Shown: positions 31,194 through 41,979, counted from the first letter of the stretch. The stretch is DNA of 64,000 nt from an uncultured Gemmatimonadota bacterium (GCA_951812955.1 OX638340.1:1344001-1408000); one strand, 5' to 3'. Notes: a model not told the origin generated them from the letters alone. Numbers and translations are program-made.

Positions 31194-32528
31194 CTACTGC
31201 AACACCAGCCTTTCCATGTCGCCGAAGTTGTCGTACATGGAGGTGATGACCTGCTCGCCCTCTTCGAGGCCTTCGAGGACCTCGAAATACTGGCTGTTCT
31301 GCCTGCCGAGCCGTATCTGCCGCCGCACGGCGAACTCGCCCGCGGGATCCAGCACGTAGATCCACCGGCCGCCCGTCGTCTGGTAGAACCCGCCCCGGGG
31401 CACCTGCATGGCGTCGGCCAGCTCGCCCAGCGCGACCCGCACCTGCAGCGTCTGGCCGCGGCGAAGGCCGTCCGGCATGCCCTCGGGGAACACCATGTCC
31501 GCCTCGAACTGCCCCTCGATCACCTCGGGATATACCCGGCTGATCACCAGATCGTAGGTTCCTCCGGCGAAATCGAAGGAACCGGCCTGCCCTGTACGAA
31601 TGCGGGCGATGTAATGCTCGTCGATGGCCGCACGCACCTTGAACTCGTCCTCCACGTCGATCTGACCCAACCGGTCGCCGCGGGGCTTGGACTCGCCCAC
31701 CTCGGCGATAAGCGAGGAGAGCAGCCCCGAGATCGGCGCGCGAAGCGTCAGGTTATCCTCGTTCTGCTTGATGAGTTCCAGGTTCAGGCGCAACCGGTCG
31801 ATCGATTCTTCCAGCTGCTGAACCTGGATCGTCTGGTAAAGCGAATCCTGGCGCAGCGTCTCGACGGTAACGTCCCGGCTGCGCGTCAGGTATTCCAGGT
31901 TGTCCTTGGCCTCGTCGAATTCCTTGCGCGAGGCAAGGTCCGCCTTGAACATCTCGTCCTGGCGCGTGTATTCCCGCTCGGCTTTGCGAAACTCGAATTC
32001 CAATCGCACCAGTTCCGCACGCATGGCAAGTCTGCGCTGCTCCATGGTCACCCGCGTCTCCCGGAGGCGGTTCACCTCGCGGAAAAGCTCGGCCTCGCGC
32101 TGCATGACGTTGAGTTGCAGGTTGGCGTTGGACAGGCGCAGGATGGGCGTGCCCTCCTCGATCTTCGAGCCCTCTTCGACGAAGACCTCTTCCACGCGGC
32201 CGCCTTCCACGGCGTCCAGATAGATCGTCGTGAGCGGCATCACCTCGCCCTGCTCCACGATGTACTCGAGGAAGGGACCATGGGTGACCGGGGCCAGGGT
32301 CAGCTTCTCGGCATCCACGTTCAGCGAGGAGGGGTTGATCGTGAGCAGTTGCCAGGCGGCAAAGACGATCACCAGGGCCGCCGCGCCGTAAATGGCGATC
32401 CGCCGCGGCGTGAAGCGCTTCCGCTCGATCCTGCGGTCCATGGTGTTGTCCTGCTCACGCTGACGCTCAGCCGTGAACATCCCCACCAGGCCCTTGGGTT
32501 CTTCGCCGTTTTTCTGTTTGTCGCTCAT
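31194..32528 (-). CDS. HlyD-family periplasmic adaptor (membrane fusion protein)
   Basis: N-terminal TM segment, long coiled-coil region, and C-terminal beta-barrel-like region typical of MFP/HlyD_3. Upstream of the ABC ATPase. Confidence 0.7.
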   Translation of the reverse strand: MSDKQKNGEEPKGLVGMFTAERQREQDNTMDRRIERKRFTPRRIAIYGAAALVIVFAAWQLLTINPSSLNVDAEKLTLAPVTHGPFLEYIVEQGEVMPLTTIYLDAVEGGRVEEVFVEEGSKIEEGTPILRLSNANLQLNVMQREAELFREVNRLRETRVTMEQRRLAMRAELVRLEFEFRKAEREYTRQDEMFKADLASRKEFDEAKDNLEYLTRSRDVTVETLRQDSLYQTIQVQQLEESIDRLRLNLELIKQNEDNLTLRAPISGLLSSLIAEVGESKPRGDRLGQIDVEDEFKVRAAIDEHYIARIRTGQAGSFDFAGGTYDLVISRVYPEVIEGQFEADMVFPEGMPDGLRRGQTLQVRVALGELADAMQVPRGGFYQTTGGRWIYVLDPAGEFAVRRQIRLGRQNSQYFEVLEGLEEGEQVITSMYDNFGDMERLVLQ

Positions 32529-32532
32529 ATGG

Positions 32533-33564
32533 TCAACCCAGCGTCGTCGCCATCACCCAGAATGGCTTATCGCCTACAGTATAATCCCGGATCGGATGCA
32601 GGCTACCGTCTGACGGGTCCACGCGGTACGCCGTCATCACGCCCGCCGCCTCGCCGGCACAGTAGAGATACCGCCCGTCGGGGTCGATATTGAAGGACCG
32701 CGGACTGGCGGGAACGGAAACGTGCCCGAAGGCGCTCAGCGCGCCGTCGGCCGCCACGTCATAGCCCACGATACTGTCGTGCCCCCGGTTGGAGGCGTAA
32801 GCCCATTTTCCGTTCCGGTGCACCTCGACGTGGGCGGTGAATCCGCCCTCTTCGTAACCGTCGGGCAGTGTGGAGACGTTCTCGAAAATCGTAAGCGTTC
32901 CGCTTTCGGCGTCAAAGCGGTGTGCGGTGACCGTATTTCCCTGTTCATTGACGATATAGGCCACGTCGCCAGCCGGCCTGAAACAGATATGCCGCGGTCC
33001 CGTTTCGTCGTCCGGGGGGCTCAGCACTGCGGGGTCATTGGGCGTCAGCCGTCCCGTTTCCGCGTCGAATCGAAACTGGCAGGTCTTGTTGGTTGGACAG
33101 ACATGGGGCACGATCACGAACCGGTCCTCGACCGTCAGGTAAACGGCATGGGCCTTCTCTCCGGTGTTGATGTACTGGAGGAGTTCGCCGATCGCGCCGT
33201 CTTCTCCCAGTCGGTGCACGGTGATGCCGCCGCCCCCGTAGTATACCGTCAGGAGGAACTTGCCGCGCCGATCTGTAACGAGGTGCGCAGGTATGTCGAT
33301 GCCGGTATCCACCTTGTTGATGAGGGAGAGTTCACCGGAACGCGAATCCAGCCCATAGGCCGCAAGCGTGGTGGATTCCACATGCGCGTTGTACATGAGG
33401 TTGCCCGCAGGATGCAGGCATAGCGCCCCGGACGGACCGTGGGCGTCGCTGGTGGACCGTAGGGTCAGGGAACCCGTCTCCCGGTCCTGGTCGTAAGCCT
33501 TTATTTGCTCGTCGCCGGTTAACGAAACGAATACCATGGTGCGCCCTGACGGGGAATCAGCCAT
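32533..33564 (-). CDS. 7-bladed beta-propeller lactonase (6-phosphogluconolactonase/YbhE-like)
   Basis: 343 aa with a repeated blade pattern and an N-terminus (VFVSLTGDEQIKAYDQD...GSLTL) typical of PF10282 lactonases. Confidence 0.6.
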   Translation of the reverse strand: MADSPSGRTMVFVSLTGDEQIKAYDQDRETGSLTLRSTSDAHGPSGALCLHPAGNLMYNAHVESTTLAAYGLDSRSGELSLINKVDTGIDIPAHLVTDRRGKFLLTVYYGGGGITVHRLGEDGAIGELLQYINTGEKAHAVYLTVEDRFVIVPHVCPTNKTCQFRFDAETGRLTPNDPAVLSPPDDETGPRHICFRPAGDVAYIVNEQGNTVTAHRFDAESGTLTIFENVSTLPDGYEEGGFTAHVEVHRNGKWAYASNRGHDSIVGYDVAADGALSAFGHVSVPASPRSFNIDPDGRYLYCAGEAAGVMTAYRVDPSDGSLHPIRDYTVGDKPFWVMATTLG

Positions 33565-33902
33565 GCTTTTTCCGACCTCCTGTTTTACGTTTACGGCTTC
33601 CTTAATGAGTAAGACTCTAAAATAAACTCAGAGGTTGCGGCCTCAAAGTGTATTTTGGATTTTAGATTCCTCGTCCCTGTAATCATTCTGCACGGCCGGC
33701 ATGCAATGACGGCAGCGCTCATGGCGGGCCAGGCTCATTACAGGCCGCACTCAAGGCGGACAGCGCACATGTTTCTTCGACGGGGACAAATCCAAGACGG
33801 GACGAATCCGATACAGGAATACGTTTTTGGCATTTCCATCTGGAATTCGAATAAACGCCGTTCCGGACAGGCGGGCTGATACAAGCGAAGGAGTCGGGGC
33901 CG

Positions 33903-35102
33903 ATGCGGGTCATGATCATCGCCGGTGAAGCGTCGGGGGAAATGCATGGCGCGGGTGTTGTGGCCGCGCTCAAGGCCAGACGCCCCGGAATCGATATATT
34001 CGGAATCGGTGGGGACCGCATGCAACGGGCCGGCTGCGCGTTGATCTACCATATCGAAAAGTTCTCGGTAATGGGAATCACCGAGGTCATCCGGCATTTG
34101 CCCTTCATTCGCAGGGCATTACGGCGGATGGACGGTCTCCTCGAATCCAGGCGGCCCGACCTGATGATCCTCATCGACTATCCGGATTTCAATCTCCGGC
34201 TCGCCCGCAAGGCGCGTAAGCGGGGGATACCGGTTCTGTATTACATCAGTCCCCAGGTCTGGGCCTGGAGGGCGAGGCGTATTCACTCCATCGTCAGGCT
34301 CGTCGACTGCATGGCCGTGGTCTTTCCATTTGAAGTGGATCTGTACGAGAAAGCCGGAGGGAAGGTGGTCTTCGTCGGCCATCCCATGCTGGAAGCGCTC
34401 GAGAGCCGGCAGTCCAAAGCCGGATTCTGCGAAGGGGCCGGCCTCGATCCGGACCGGCCGATCATCGGGATGTTGCCGGGCAGCCGGGTCATGGAAGTTG
34501 AACGTATGCTCCCCGCGATGGCCGGTACCCTTAAAAAAGTGAAGCAGGACCTGCCCGCGGCCCAGGGTGTCATCGGACTGGCGCCCACCGTCGCGCGTGC
34601 CGGACTGGCAGGACATTTCGAGGGACATGCGAAAGAGATCCCCGTGGTGGAAAACAGCACCTACGAAGTCATGCGCCATGCCGACCTGTTGCTTGTCACG
34701 TCCGGAACGGCGACCCTGGAGTCTGCCTGTTTCGGCACGCCCCTGCTTGTCCTCTACCGTATGTCCCGGGTGTCCTGGTGGATCGCCCGGCGCCTGGTCA
34801 GCATTCCGGACATCGGTCTTGTGAATGTAGTCGCGGGACGGCGCATCGCACCGGAATTCCTTCAGGACGCGGTCGAGCCGAATACCCTCGCGCCCGTGGT
34901 ACTCGAGTTGCTCAGGGATCCGAAGAAACGGTTGGAGATGACGCACAGATTGAGCGAGGTAAAGGACCGCCTGGGCACGCCGGGCGCCTCGTCGCGAGTA
35001 GCCGATCTGGCCCTCGAACTGGCGGGCGGAAAGAGCAAGGATCCATTGGATGAAGAGGAAAGCGGGCGGCAGGGGAAGGGGGCGGCGGATGACGAGCAAT
35101 GA
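33903..35102 (+). CDS. lpxB: lipid-A-disaccharide synthase
   Basis: MRVMIIAGEASGEMHGAGVVAALK...IDIFGIGGDRM N-terminus and overall GT19 layout. Confidence 0.85.
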   Translation: MRVMIIAGEASGEMHGAGVVAALKARRPGIDIFGIGGDRMQRAGCALIYHIEKFSVMGITEVIRHLPFIRRALRRMDGLLESRRPDLMILIDYPDFNLRLARKARKRGIPVLYYISPQVWAWRARRIHSIVRLVDCMAVVFPFEVDLYEKAGGKVVFVGHPMLEALESRQSKAGFCEGAGLDPDRPIIGMLPGSRVMEVERMLPAMAGTLKKVKQDLPAAQGVIGLAPTVARAGLAGHFEGHAKEIPVVENSTYEVMRHADLLLVTSGTATLESACFGTPLLVLYRMSRVSWWIARRLVSIPDIGLVNVVAGRRIAPEFLQDAVEPNTLAPVVLELLRDPKKRLEMTHRLSEVKDRLGTPGASSRVADLALELAGGKSKDPLDEEESGRQGKGAADDEQ

Positions 35103-35748
35103 AGGCCCCGCGTATACCCTGGTGAGTAAACTGAGCGCCGGCGCCATATGCCTGCTGGGGCGGACGCTTTCCATCCACCTGATAGGAGAGGAATACCTGG
35201 AACGGGCCCGGGAAGGCGGGCGGAAGGTATTATACGCCTTCTGGCACGAGGGGCTGCTGGTGGCCACTTACGCCTTTCGCCGTAAGGGGATTCAGGTGCT
35301 GGTCAGCCAGCACCGGGACGGCGAGTTGATTGCCCGGGCCATCGAGCGCATGGGATACGGGACCATACGCGGATCTTCCACCCGGGGAGGTACGCGCGCC
35401 TTGTTCCGCATGGCAGCGGCCGGCGCGGCCGGCGACGACCTGGGGGTAACCGTGGATGGACCACGGGGTCCCCGGCTCCAGGTCAAACCGGGAACGCTGT
35501 TCATCGCCGGGAGATCCGGCCTTCCCATCGTGCCCTTCGCAGTTGCGTCGTGCAAGCCTTGGGTGCTCTCGAGCTGGGACCGGTTCATGGTTCCACGCCC
35601 GTTTTCCCGCACGGCGATCGCCTTCGAAGAGCCGCTGACTGTACCCGGAGACGTACCGGTCGAAGGCCTTGAGCCCTTCCGGGCAGAACTTCAGCGACGC
35701 CTGCTTGATGCGCGGGAAACCGCGCGACTTAGCCTGGAGGCGTCCTGA
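35050..35748 (+). CDS. DUF374 domain protein (lysophospholipid acyltransferase-like, lipid A associated)
   Basis: YAFWHEGLL...SQHRDGELIARAIERMGYGTIRGSSTRGG matches DUF374, which is often found next to or fused with kdtA. An alternative start at 35089 (MTSNE) is likely. Confidence 0.6.
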   Translation: MKRKAGGRGRGRRMTSNEGPAYTLVSKLSAGAICLLGRTLSIHLIGEEYLERAREGGRKVLYAFWHEGLLVATYAFRRKGIQVLVSQHRDGELIARAIERMGYGTIRGSSTRGGTRALFRMAAAGAAGDDLGVTVDGPRGPRLQVKPGTLFIAGRSGLPIVPFAVASCKPWVLSSWDRFMVPRPFSRTAIAFEEPLTVPGDVPVEGLEPFRAELQRRLLDARETARLSLEAS

Positions 35749-35809
35749 GCGCCGACGAAGAGAGCGACGTAGCCTGGCTGCGTCCTGATCATTCCAGCCG
35801 ATACCTGAC

Positions 35810-38293
35810 ATGACCTTTATCTACACCCTTTTGTTTTCCGCGCTGACCGTGCTGCTCTCGCCGATCCTGGTTTTCCTGTCCATCCTGGACCGCGTAGGGA
35901 TGCGCCAGCGGCTAAGCCAGCGGCCGCTCGTCCCCGACGGCGGGCATCGGCCGGTCGTCTGGTTCCACTGCGCGTCCGTGGGCGAAGCTACTGGCCTGTC
36001 GGCCGTGATCGGCGCATTCGTGAAACGCCATTCGGGCTTTTCAGTGCTGGTCACTACGATGACGGAAACCGGCCTGGCCTATGTCCGGAAGCACGTACCC
36101 CAGGCGCGGTTCTACGGACTGGCGCCCCTCGACGCGCCGTTCATCGTCGATCGTGTATTCGGGCGGGTACGCCCCCGCGCACTGATCCTGCTCGAGGGGG
36201 AACTCTGGCCCGCTATGCTCAATACGGCCGCCGCCCATGATTGCCCCGTGGCACTGGTCAACGGCCGCATGTCGGACCGCAGTCTCAAGCGAAACCGTTT
36301 CGTGAAGCCGCTCTTCAGGCGCATGCTGGGGCAACTGGCCGCCGTGGGTGTCCAGCACGCACTCGACGGTGAACGGCTCATCGCCTTCGGCGCGGATCCG
36401 GAACGGGTACGTGTGACAGGTAACGTCAAGTTCGACCTGGCCACCAAACAGGCCGGTTCTTCGCGGGAAGCGGCGCGCCGTTCGCTCGGCCTGTCCGCGA
36501 CCGTGCCGGTGATCATGGCGGGTTGCCCCCGGCCCGTGGAAGAGGAACGCGCCGTGCTGGCAGCCTTCTCCCGCGTACACGAACGGTATCCCGAGGTCAA
36601 ACTGATTTGGGCGCCCCGGCATCTCAACCGCATATCACGGGTCGAGCAGATGCTGAAGGAGGCGGACCTCAGGTTCGCCCATCGCACGCGGCTGGGCCGT
36701 ATGGATGGCGCGGGCCATACGGATGGTCCGGGCGGCGCGGATGATGCGGACCATGCAGGCGATGCGAGCGATCAGAGCGGCGCGGATGGTCCGGAATCTG
36801 AACAGTTCAACGTCATCATCCTGGATACCATGGGCGAACTGGCGTCCATGTATGCCGCCGCGGACATGGCCTTCGTCGGCGCCACGCTGGTTCCACTCGG
36901 CGGGCACAACCTGCTGGAGCCCGCGGCATGCGCCATACCGGTCCTGTTCGGCCCCCACACCGAAAACGTACGAGCAAGCGCCGCGGCCCTGCTACGAACC
37001 GGCGGAGGCATGGTCGTTCACGACGGCGACGAACTCGCAAGGAAGTGGCTCGAATTACTGGAAGACCCGCAAGAGCGCGCGCAGACCGGAGCGGCCGCCG
37101 TACGAGCCGTGCGCGAAAAATCAATGGCCGTGGACCGTACCCTGGACCTGCTCGACCGATGGATCCTGGATCCTGATCTGCACGGATCTGTGCCGTCGCG
37201 CCTCCCGCACGGCACGCCGTTCATAACACGATTGCTGGATCCCGGCGAACGCGCCCCGGCCATTCGTCTCGTACGCGGTGCGCTGCTTCCTCCGTCCCTG
37301 CTGCTGGGTATGGTGGTCAGGTTACGCAACGGGTTGTACGATAAGGGACTGCTGAATTCCGACCAGCTTCCGGTCCCGGTGATCAGCGTGGGCGGACTGA
37401 CCGCGGGCGGCGCGGGGAAGACGCCTGTCGTGCGGTATCTTGCCCGGAGGCTTGTTGACGCCGGTTACAGTCCCGCCGTGCTGAGCCGGGGTTACGGCAG
37501 AGATTCCCGCGCGACACGATCCGCTACGCCCGGCGCCACCTGGCAGGAGGTGGGCGACGAACCGGCCTTTCTGGCCTCGGCGCTTCCCGACGTACCGGTC
37601 GTCGTCGGCCCGAGTCGCACCGCGGCGGGACGGCTTGCCATAGATCGGTACGGCGCGAACGTGCTGCTGCTGGACGACGGATTCCAGCACAGGAGAACGG
37701 CCCGCGCGGTGGACATCGTCGTGCATGACGCCTCAAGCCGGTTAAGCCCGGGACGCCTGCTCCCCGCCGGCCCCTTCCGTGAACCGGTTTCCTCACTCGG
37801 CCGGGCACATGTACTGGTGTTGACCCGGACGGACCAGGCCGGTTCCGCGGATACCGACACGGAACGCATCAGAAGCAAGTTTCCCCACATGGCCATCATC
37901 GAAACCGCCTACGTCCCCTCCGGCCTGAGACGTATATCCGGTGGTGCGACGCTGCCGGTGGAGTGGCTGGCCGGCCGCCACGTCCTAGTCTTCTGCGGGA
38001 TCGCCAACCCCGCCTCCTTCGCGCGAACCGTCGCCGATGCCGGGGGAAGCGCGACGCGGATCCTGTCGTACCCGGATCACCACCCGTTCACTTCGTCCGA
38101 ACTGGACCGGGCGTTGTCCCTGGCGGAGGAAACCGGCGTGGACTGCATCGTCACGACAGAAAAGGACGCCGTGCGCATCCCGACTGACCACTCAATCAGA
38201 AAACACCTGGTCGCCCTGGATATCGAACTCCGGGTGATTTCGGGTGGGCACGCAGTTGACCATATTCTTTCTATGCTGGACGAAGGGTGTTGA
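35810..38293 (+). CDS. waaA: bifunctional Kdo transferase WaaA / tetraacyldisaccharide 4'-kinase LpxK fusion
   Basis: N-terminal half: WFHCASVGEATG...Kdo transferase motifs. Gly/Asp/Ala-rich low-complexity linker around residue 300-330. C-terminal half: LpxK P-loop VISVGGLTAGGAGKTP and LpxK C-domain. Confidence 0.8.
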   Translation: MTFIYTLLFSALTVLLSPILVFLSILDRVGMRQRLSQRPLVPDGGHRPVVWFHCASVGEATGLSAVIGAFVKRHSGFSVLVTTMTETGLAYVRKHVPQARFYGLAPLDAPFIVDRVFGRVRPRALILLEGELWPAMLNTAAAHDCPVALVNGRMSDRSLKRNRFVKPLFRRMLGQLAAVGVQHALDGERLIAFGADPERVRVTGNVKFDLATKQAGSSREAARRSLGLSATVPVIMAGCPRPVEEERAVLAAFSRVHERYPEVKLIWAPRHLNRISRVEQMLKEADLRFAHRTRLGRMDGAGHTDGPGGADDADHAGDASDQSGADGPESEQFNVIILDTMGELASMYAAADMAFVGATLVPLGGHNLLEPAACAIPVLFGPHTENVRASAAALLRTGGGMVVHDGDELARKWLELLEDPQERAQTGAAAVRAVREKSMAVDRTLDLLDRWILDPDLHGSVPSRLPHGTPFITRLLDPGERAPAIRLVRGALLPPSLLLGMVVRLRNGLYDKGLLNSDQLPVPVISVGGLTAGGAGKTPVVRYLARRLVDAGYSPAVLSRGYGRDSRATRSATPGATWQEVGDEPAFLASALPDVPVVVGPSRTAAGRLAIDRYGANVLLLDDGFQHRRTARAVDIVVHDASSRLSPGRLLPAGPFREPVSSLGRAHVLVLTRTDQAGSADTDTERIRSKFPHMAIIETAYVPSGLRRISGGATLPVEWLAGRHVLVFCGIANPASFARTVADAGGSATRILSYPDHHPFTSSELDRALSLAEETGVDCIVTTEKDAVRIPTDHSIRKHLVALDIELRVISGGHAVDHILSMLDEGC

Positions 38294-38363
38294 ACGGGCT
38301 ATATTGTACAACCTGTACCTTTATTTCACGACACCGGCGTTTTTTACCCCTGTAATCCATTAA

Positions 38364-39905
38364 ATGGCTGACTCGAACTGGATTGCCATCCTCGATTTCG
38401 GCGCGCAATACACGCAGCTTATTGCGCGGCGCATACGGGAAAGCCACGTCTACTGCGAGGTGTTGCCTTACGATACGCCGGCGTCCGAATTGTCGGCGCG
38501 CAACGTCAGCGGCATCATCCTTTCGGGCGGTCCGGCGAGCGTGTACGGGGAAGACGCGCCTCATCCCGATCCGGGCATCTTCGAGGTGGGCAGGCCGATC
38601 CTCGGGATTTGCTACGGCCTTCAATTGATGGGGCATTACCACGAAGGCGAGGTCGCCCACGCCGGAACCCGGGAATACGGCAATGCGCAGATTCGGACTA
38701 TAGGCGACACGCCCCTCTTCCGCGCCCTGCCCGAACGGATGACGGTCTGGATGAGTCACGGCGACGAACTCAAGTCGCCCCCGCCGGACTTCGAAGTCAT
38801 CGCCCGTTCGGACAACGGCCATATCGCCGCCGTCGAGCAGATCGATCGGCGGATCTACGGGGTGCAGTTCCACCCGGAAGTGGTGCACACGGTTCAGGGC
38901 CGCGAGATCCTGGAGAACTTCCTGTTCGCCATATGCGGATGCGAGGGAAACTGGACGCCGCGGACCTTCATCGACGAGGCCCTCGCCTCCATCCGGGAGA
39001 CCGTGGGCGAGCGGCGCGTGGCCTGCTTCGCCAGCGGCGGTGTGGATTCCTCGGTCGTGGCAGCGCTCATCGGCCGGGCCGTCGGGGACCGTCTTACGTG
39101 CGTCTTCGTGGATACGGGCATGCTCCGGAAGGACGAGGCCAGGCAGGTCGAAGAGACCTACCGCCGGACCATCAATGCCCGCTTCCGGTTCGTGGACGCG
39201 TCGGACCGTTTTCTCGGCCGGCTCAAAGGCGTGGAGGATCCTGAACAGAAACGCAAGGTCATCGGGGACGAGTTCATCCGGGTGCTCGAGCGCGAATTGA
39301 CCTCGCTGCGCGGCGTTCGTATCCTGGCCCAGGGCACGCTCTATCCCGACGTGATCGAAAGCGCCTCCGTAAAGGGTCCGGCAAGCGTCATCAAGACCCA
39401 CCACAACGTGGGCGGATTGCCGGACGACCTGGAACTGGAATTGCTTGAACCGGTCCGCAACCTGTTCAAGGACGAGGTGCGCACCGTGGGCCGGGAGCTT
39501 GGCCTGCCGGATGAGATCATCGACCGGCATCCCTTCCCCGGACCGGGCCTGGGCATCCGCGTGCTGGGAGAAGTGACCCCGGAACGGGTGGCCATGCTGC
39601 AGGACGCGGACATGATTTTCATCGACGAACTACGCAGGGCTGGCCTGTACGACGAGGTGTCCCAGGCGCTGGCCGTGCTGCTTCCGGTCAAGACCGTCGG
39701 CGTGATGGGCGATGCCCGTACCTACGAGCGCGTCATCGCCCTCCGCGCGGTGACCACGCTCGATTTCATGACGGCGGACTGGGCCCGCCTGCCCACCGAC
39801 TTCCTGGCGCACGTGTCGAACCGCATCATCAACGAAGTAAGGGGCGTGAATCGCGTGGTCTACGACCTTAGTTCGAAACCACCCGGCACCATCGAATGGG
39901 AATAA
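38364..39905 (+). CDS. guaA: GMP synthase (glutamine-hydrolysing)
   Basis: Class I glutamine amidotransferase N-terminus ([20 protein letters not shown]), ATP pyrophosphatase SGGVDSSV motif, C-terminal dimerisation domain. Confidence 0.95.
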   Translation: MADSNWIAILDFGAQYTQLIARRIRESHVYCEVLPYDTPASELSARNVSGIILSGGPASVYGEDAPHPDPGIFEVGRPILGICYGLQLMGHYHEGEVAHAGTREYGNAQIRTIGDTPLFRALPERMTVWMSHGDELKSPPPDFEVIARSDNGHIAAVEQIDRRIYGVQFHPEVVHTVQGREILENFLFAICGCEGNWTPRTFIDEALASIRETVGERRVACFASGGVDSSVVAALIGRAVGDRLTCVFVDTGMLRKDEARQVEETYRRTINARFRFVDASDRFLGRLKGVEDPEQKRKVIGDEFIRVLERELTSLRGVRILAQGTLYPDVIESASVKGPASVIKTHHNVGGLPDDLELELLEPVRNLFKDEVRTVGRELGLPDEIIDRHPFPGPGLGIRVLGEVTPERVAMLQDADMIFIDELRRAGLYDEVSQALAVLLPVKTVGVMGDARTYERVIALRAVTTLDFMTADWARLPTDFLAHVSNRIINEVRGVNRVVYDLSSKPPGTIEWE

Positions 39906-39909
39906 TCCT

Positions 39910-41937
39910 TTGATCCTACAGGAATACCTCGCCGCCCTGCCAATGGGCGACCTGAAATCCATCGCCTACACCCTTGGCGTACAGCCTGGCATGATCTCCC
40001 GCGCCCGATTGATCCGGGAGATCACGGACCAGACTTTCCAGCCGGGTTTCATTGACCAGATTGTGGACGATCTGACTGAGGAAGCGCGGGAGGTCCTGCT
40101 GGCCGTCCTTTCGGCGGGAGCCTCGGGACGCGTCTACGACACGAGAAAGCCCGAAAACAGCGGGTTGACCGAACAGCTGCACGGATTGCTTGCCAGGGGG
40201 CTCGTGATCGGACGGCGACCTGCTTACCGCACCGTCGATTTCGTCGTGCCGGAAGATATCCGCGACATGCTGATCCGTAACTTCACGGACCGGCTGGCAG
40301 GGGTCTTTTCGACGGAAGCGGCGGGATCGAAAGACGACGAAAGCCGGGATCTCACCGCCGTCAGGAACGTCTTCGCTCTCGTGAATGGCCTGCGCCACAA
40401 TCCGGCGCGGCTCACGGACCGGGGCCTGCCCTATAAACGGGCGTTCGATGCCATGGTGGAGCGACAGGAAACCGCGACGAACGGCATGCCGGATTCAGCG
40501 GAAGACATTACAGAACAGATGCGCTTCGTCATGGAATATGCGCAGTGGCGTGGATTGACGCGCGAAGAGGACGGACGCCTCCGTGCCGGCTTCGATTTCG
40601 AATCTTGGATGGAACTGCCAACATCCGAGAAACTGGCGGACCTGTTGTGCTTCTGGCACGCACGGGAACGGGCCCGATCCCCCGCAGTTACCGCGCTGCC
40701 CGGCATCCTTCAGCTGTGCGTGGGACTCGCGCAGGTGGACCTGGACCAGATCATGCGCTGCGCGCTGAACTGTTCCTCGCCCGATGTCCGCACGGATTCC
40801 ATCAGCGAACAGGAGAGAGCGGAGATTCTTGCCGCGCTACGCGAGCTCGAATGGATCGGCCTTCTGCGTAAGTATGACGGCAAGAACGGATCCGTCGGCG
40901 GACTGGTAATCACGCCGGCGGGAAGACACGTGTTCGGGGGGCAGGACTGGCCGGACGAACAGGCATGGAGCGCGCAGTTCATCGTCCAGCCGACTTTCGA
41001 GATCATCGCGCCCAGGGATCTGAACCTGACGATACGTGAAAAGCTCGAGCTGTTTGCCGACCTCGAAAAGGTCGATCTCACGCTGACCTATAGTGTAACG
41101 CGCAATACCATCTACCGGGCCGCCAACTCGGACATGTCCGGCGAGCAGGTCATCGGTTTCCTGGAGGAACATTCCGACAAGGACGTGCCCCAGAACGTCG
41201 CGTACTCAATTCAGTCGTGGGGCGATGCATACGGCCAGGTGTATTTCATGGACGCTTTTCTCCTGCGTACCGCCAGCGCCGAAATCGCCAGCCACATCAA
41301 GGCGCACGGTGAACTCGCCCCGTACATAAAGGGCGAGGTGGCGCCCGACGCGTTGATCGTGGAGCGCAAGAGGTACAGAGAACTGATGGACCTGCTCCAG
41401 AAACAGGGTTACATGCCGAAGTCCGGGATCGTCGGATCCACGGGGGCAGCTTCGGTTTCCAACTCCGGCCAAAGAGTCCGATCCGTCGAAGGAAACGGTC
41501 CGCGGGCAGGCCAGCGAGATCGAATCGGTCCACCTGTGACCGGTGAACAGCGTACGCCGCCTTCTTCCGAACAGAAGCCGGTGCTCGGATTCGGGGACTG
41601 CCTACCCGGTTTCCAACTGCACGGGGGATCGGGCGGCGCCGACCTGAACGCACCGCACATCGAGCAGGCCGCGAACATGCAGTACCTGTCTCCGGGGCAG
41701 ACGGAAGAACTCCTGGAAATCGCGGTGAAGAACAACCACCGTGCCGTCATCGAATACTACCTGGGCAACCGAAGCCGCAGCTTCCTGCACCGGATCAAGC
41801 CCATTCGCATCGAGCGGACCCGGGGCACGCCCTTCGTCGAGTCGCACCGCATGCCCGAGGGCGACGTGCACGCCTTCAAAATCGCCAATATCAGGGCGAT
41901 CCGGATCGTATACGAGAACGAAGAGGGCGATGACTAA
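39910..41937 (+). CDS. hypothetical protein with XPB/Ssl2 N-terminal (helicase-associated) like domain
   Basis: 675 aa with no catalytic motif found. The segment FIVQPTFEIIAPRDL...TIYRA...SWGD resembles the XPB damage-recognition / helicase-associated domain. Only 5 bp after guaA. Confidence 0.35.
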   Translation: MILQEYLAALPMGDLKSIAYTLGVQPGMISRARLIREITDQTFQPGFIDQIVDDLTEEAREVLLAVLSAGASGRVYDTRKPENSGLTEQLHGLLARGLVIGRRPAYRTVDFVVPEDIRDMLIRNFTDRLAGVFSTEAAGSKDDESRDLTAVRNVFALVNGLRHNPARLTDRGLPYKRAFDAMVERQETATNGMPDSAEDITEQMRFVMEYAQWRGLTREEDGRLRAGFDFESWMELPTSEKLADLLCFWHARERARSPAVTALPGILQLCVGLAQVDLDQIMRCALNCSSPDVRTDSISEQERAEILAALRELEWIGLLRKYDGKNGSVGGLVITPAGRHVFGGQDWPDEQAWSAQFIVQPTFEIIAPRDLNLTIREKLELFADLEKVDLTLTYSVTRNTIYRAANSDMSGEQVIGFLEEHSDKDVPQNVAYSIQSWGDAYGQVYFMDAFLLRTASAEIASHIKAHGELAPYIKGEVAPDALIVERKRYRELMDLLQKQGYMPKSGIVGSTGAASVSNSGQRVRSVEGNGPRAGQRDRIGPPVTGEQRTPPSSEQKPVLGFGDCLPGFQLHGGSGGADLNAPHIEQAANMQYLSPGQTEELLEIAVKNNHRAVIEYYLGNRSRSFLHRIKPIRIERTRGTPFVESHRMPEGDVHAFKIANIRAIRIVYENEEGDD

Positions 41938-41979
41938 TTAGGTGAAACGGCAAAATGCAGACCGTCGGAATCGAGGGAA

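Noticed and set aside
38294-38363. TGTACAACCTGTAC palindromic hexamer pair followed by T-rich stretch after waaA-lpxK
   Set aside because: Stem is only 5-6 bp and AT-rich. It could be a weak terminator but is indistinguishable from chance.
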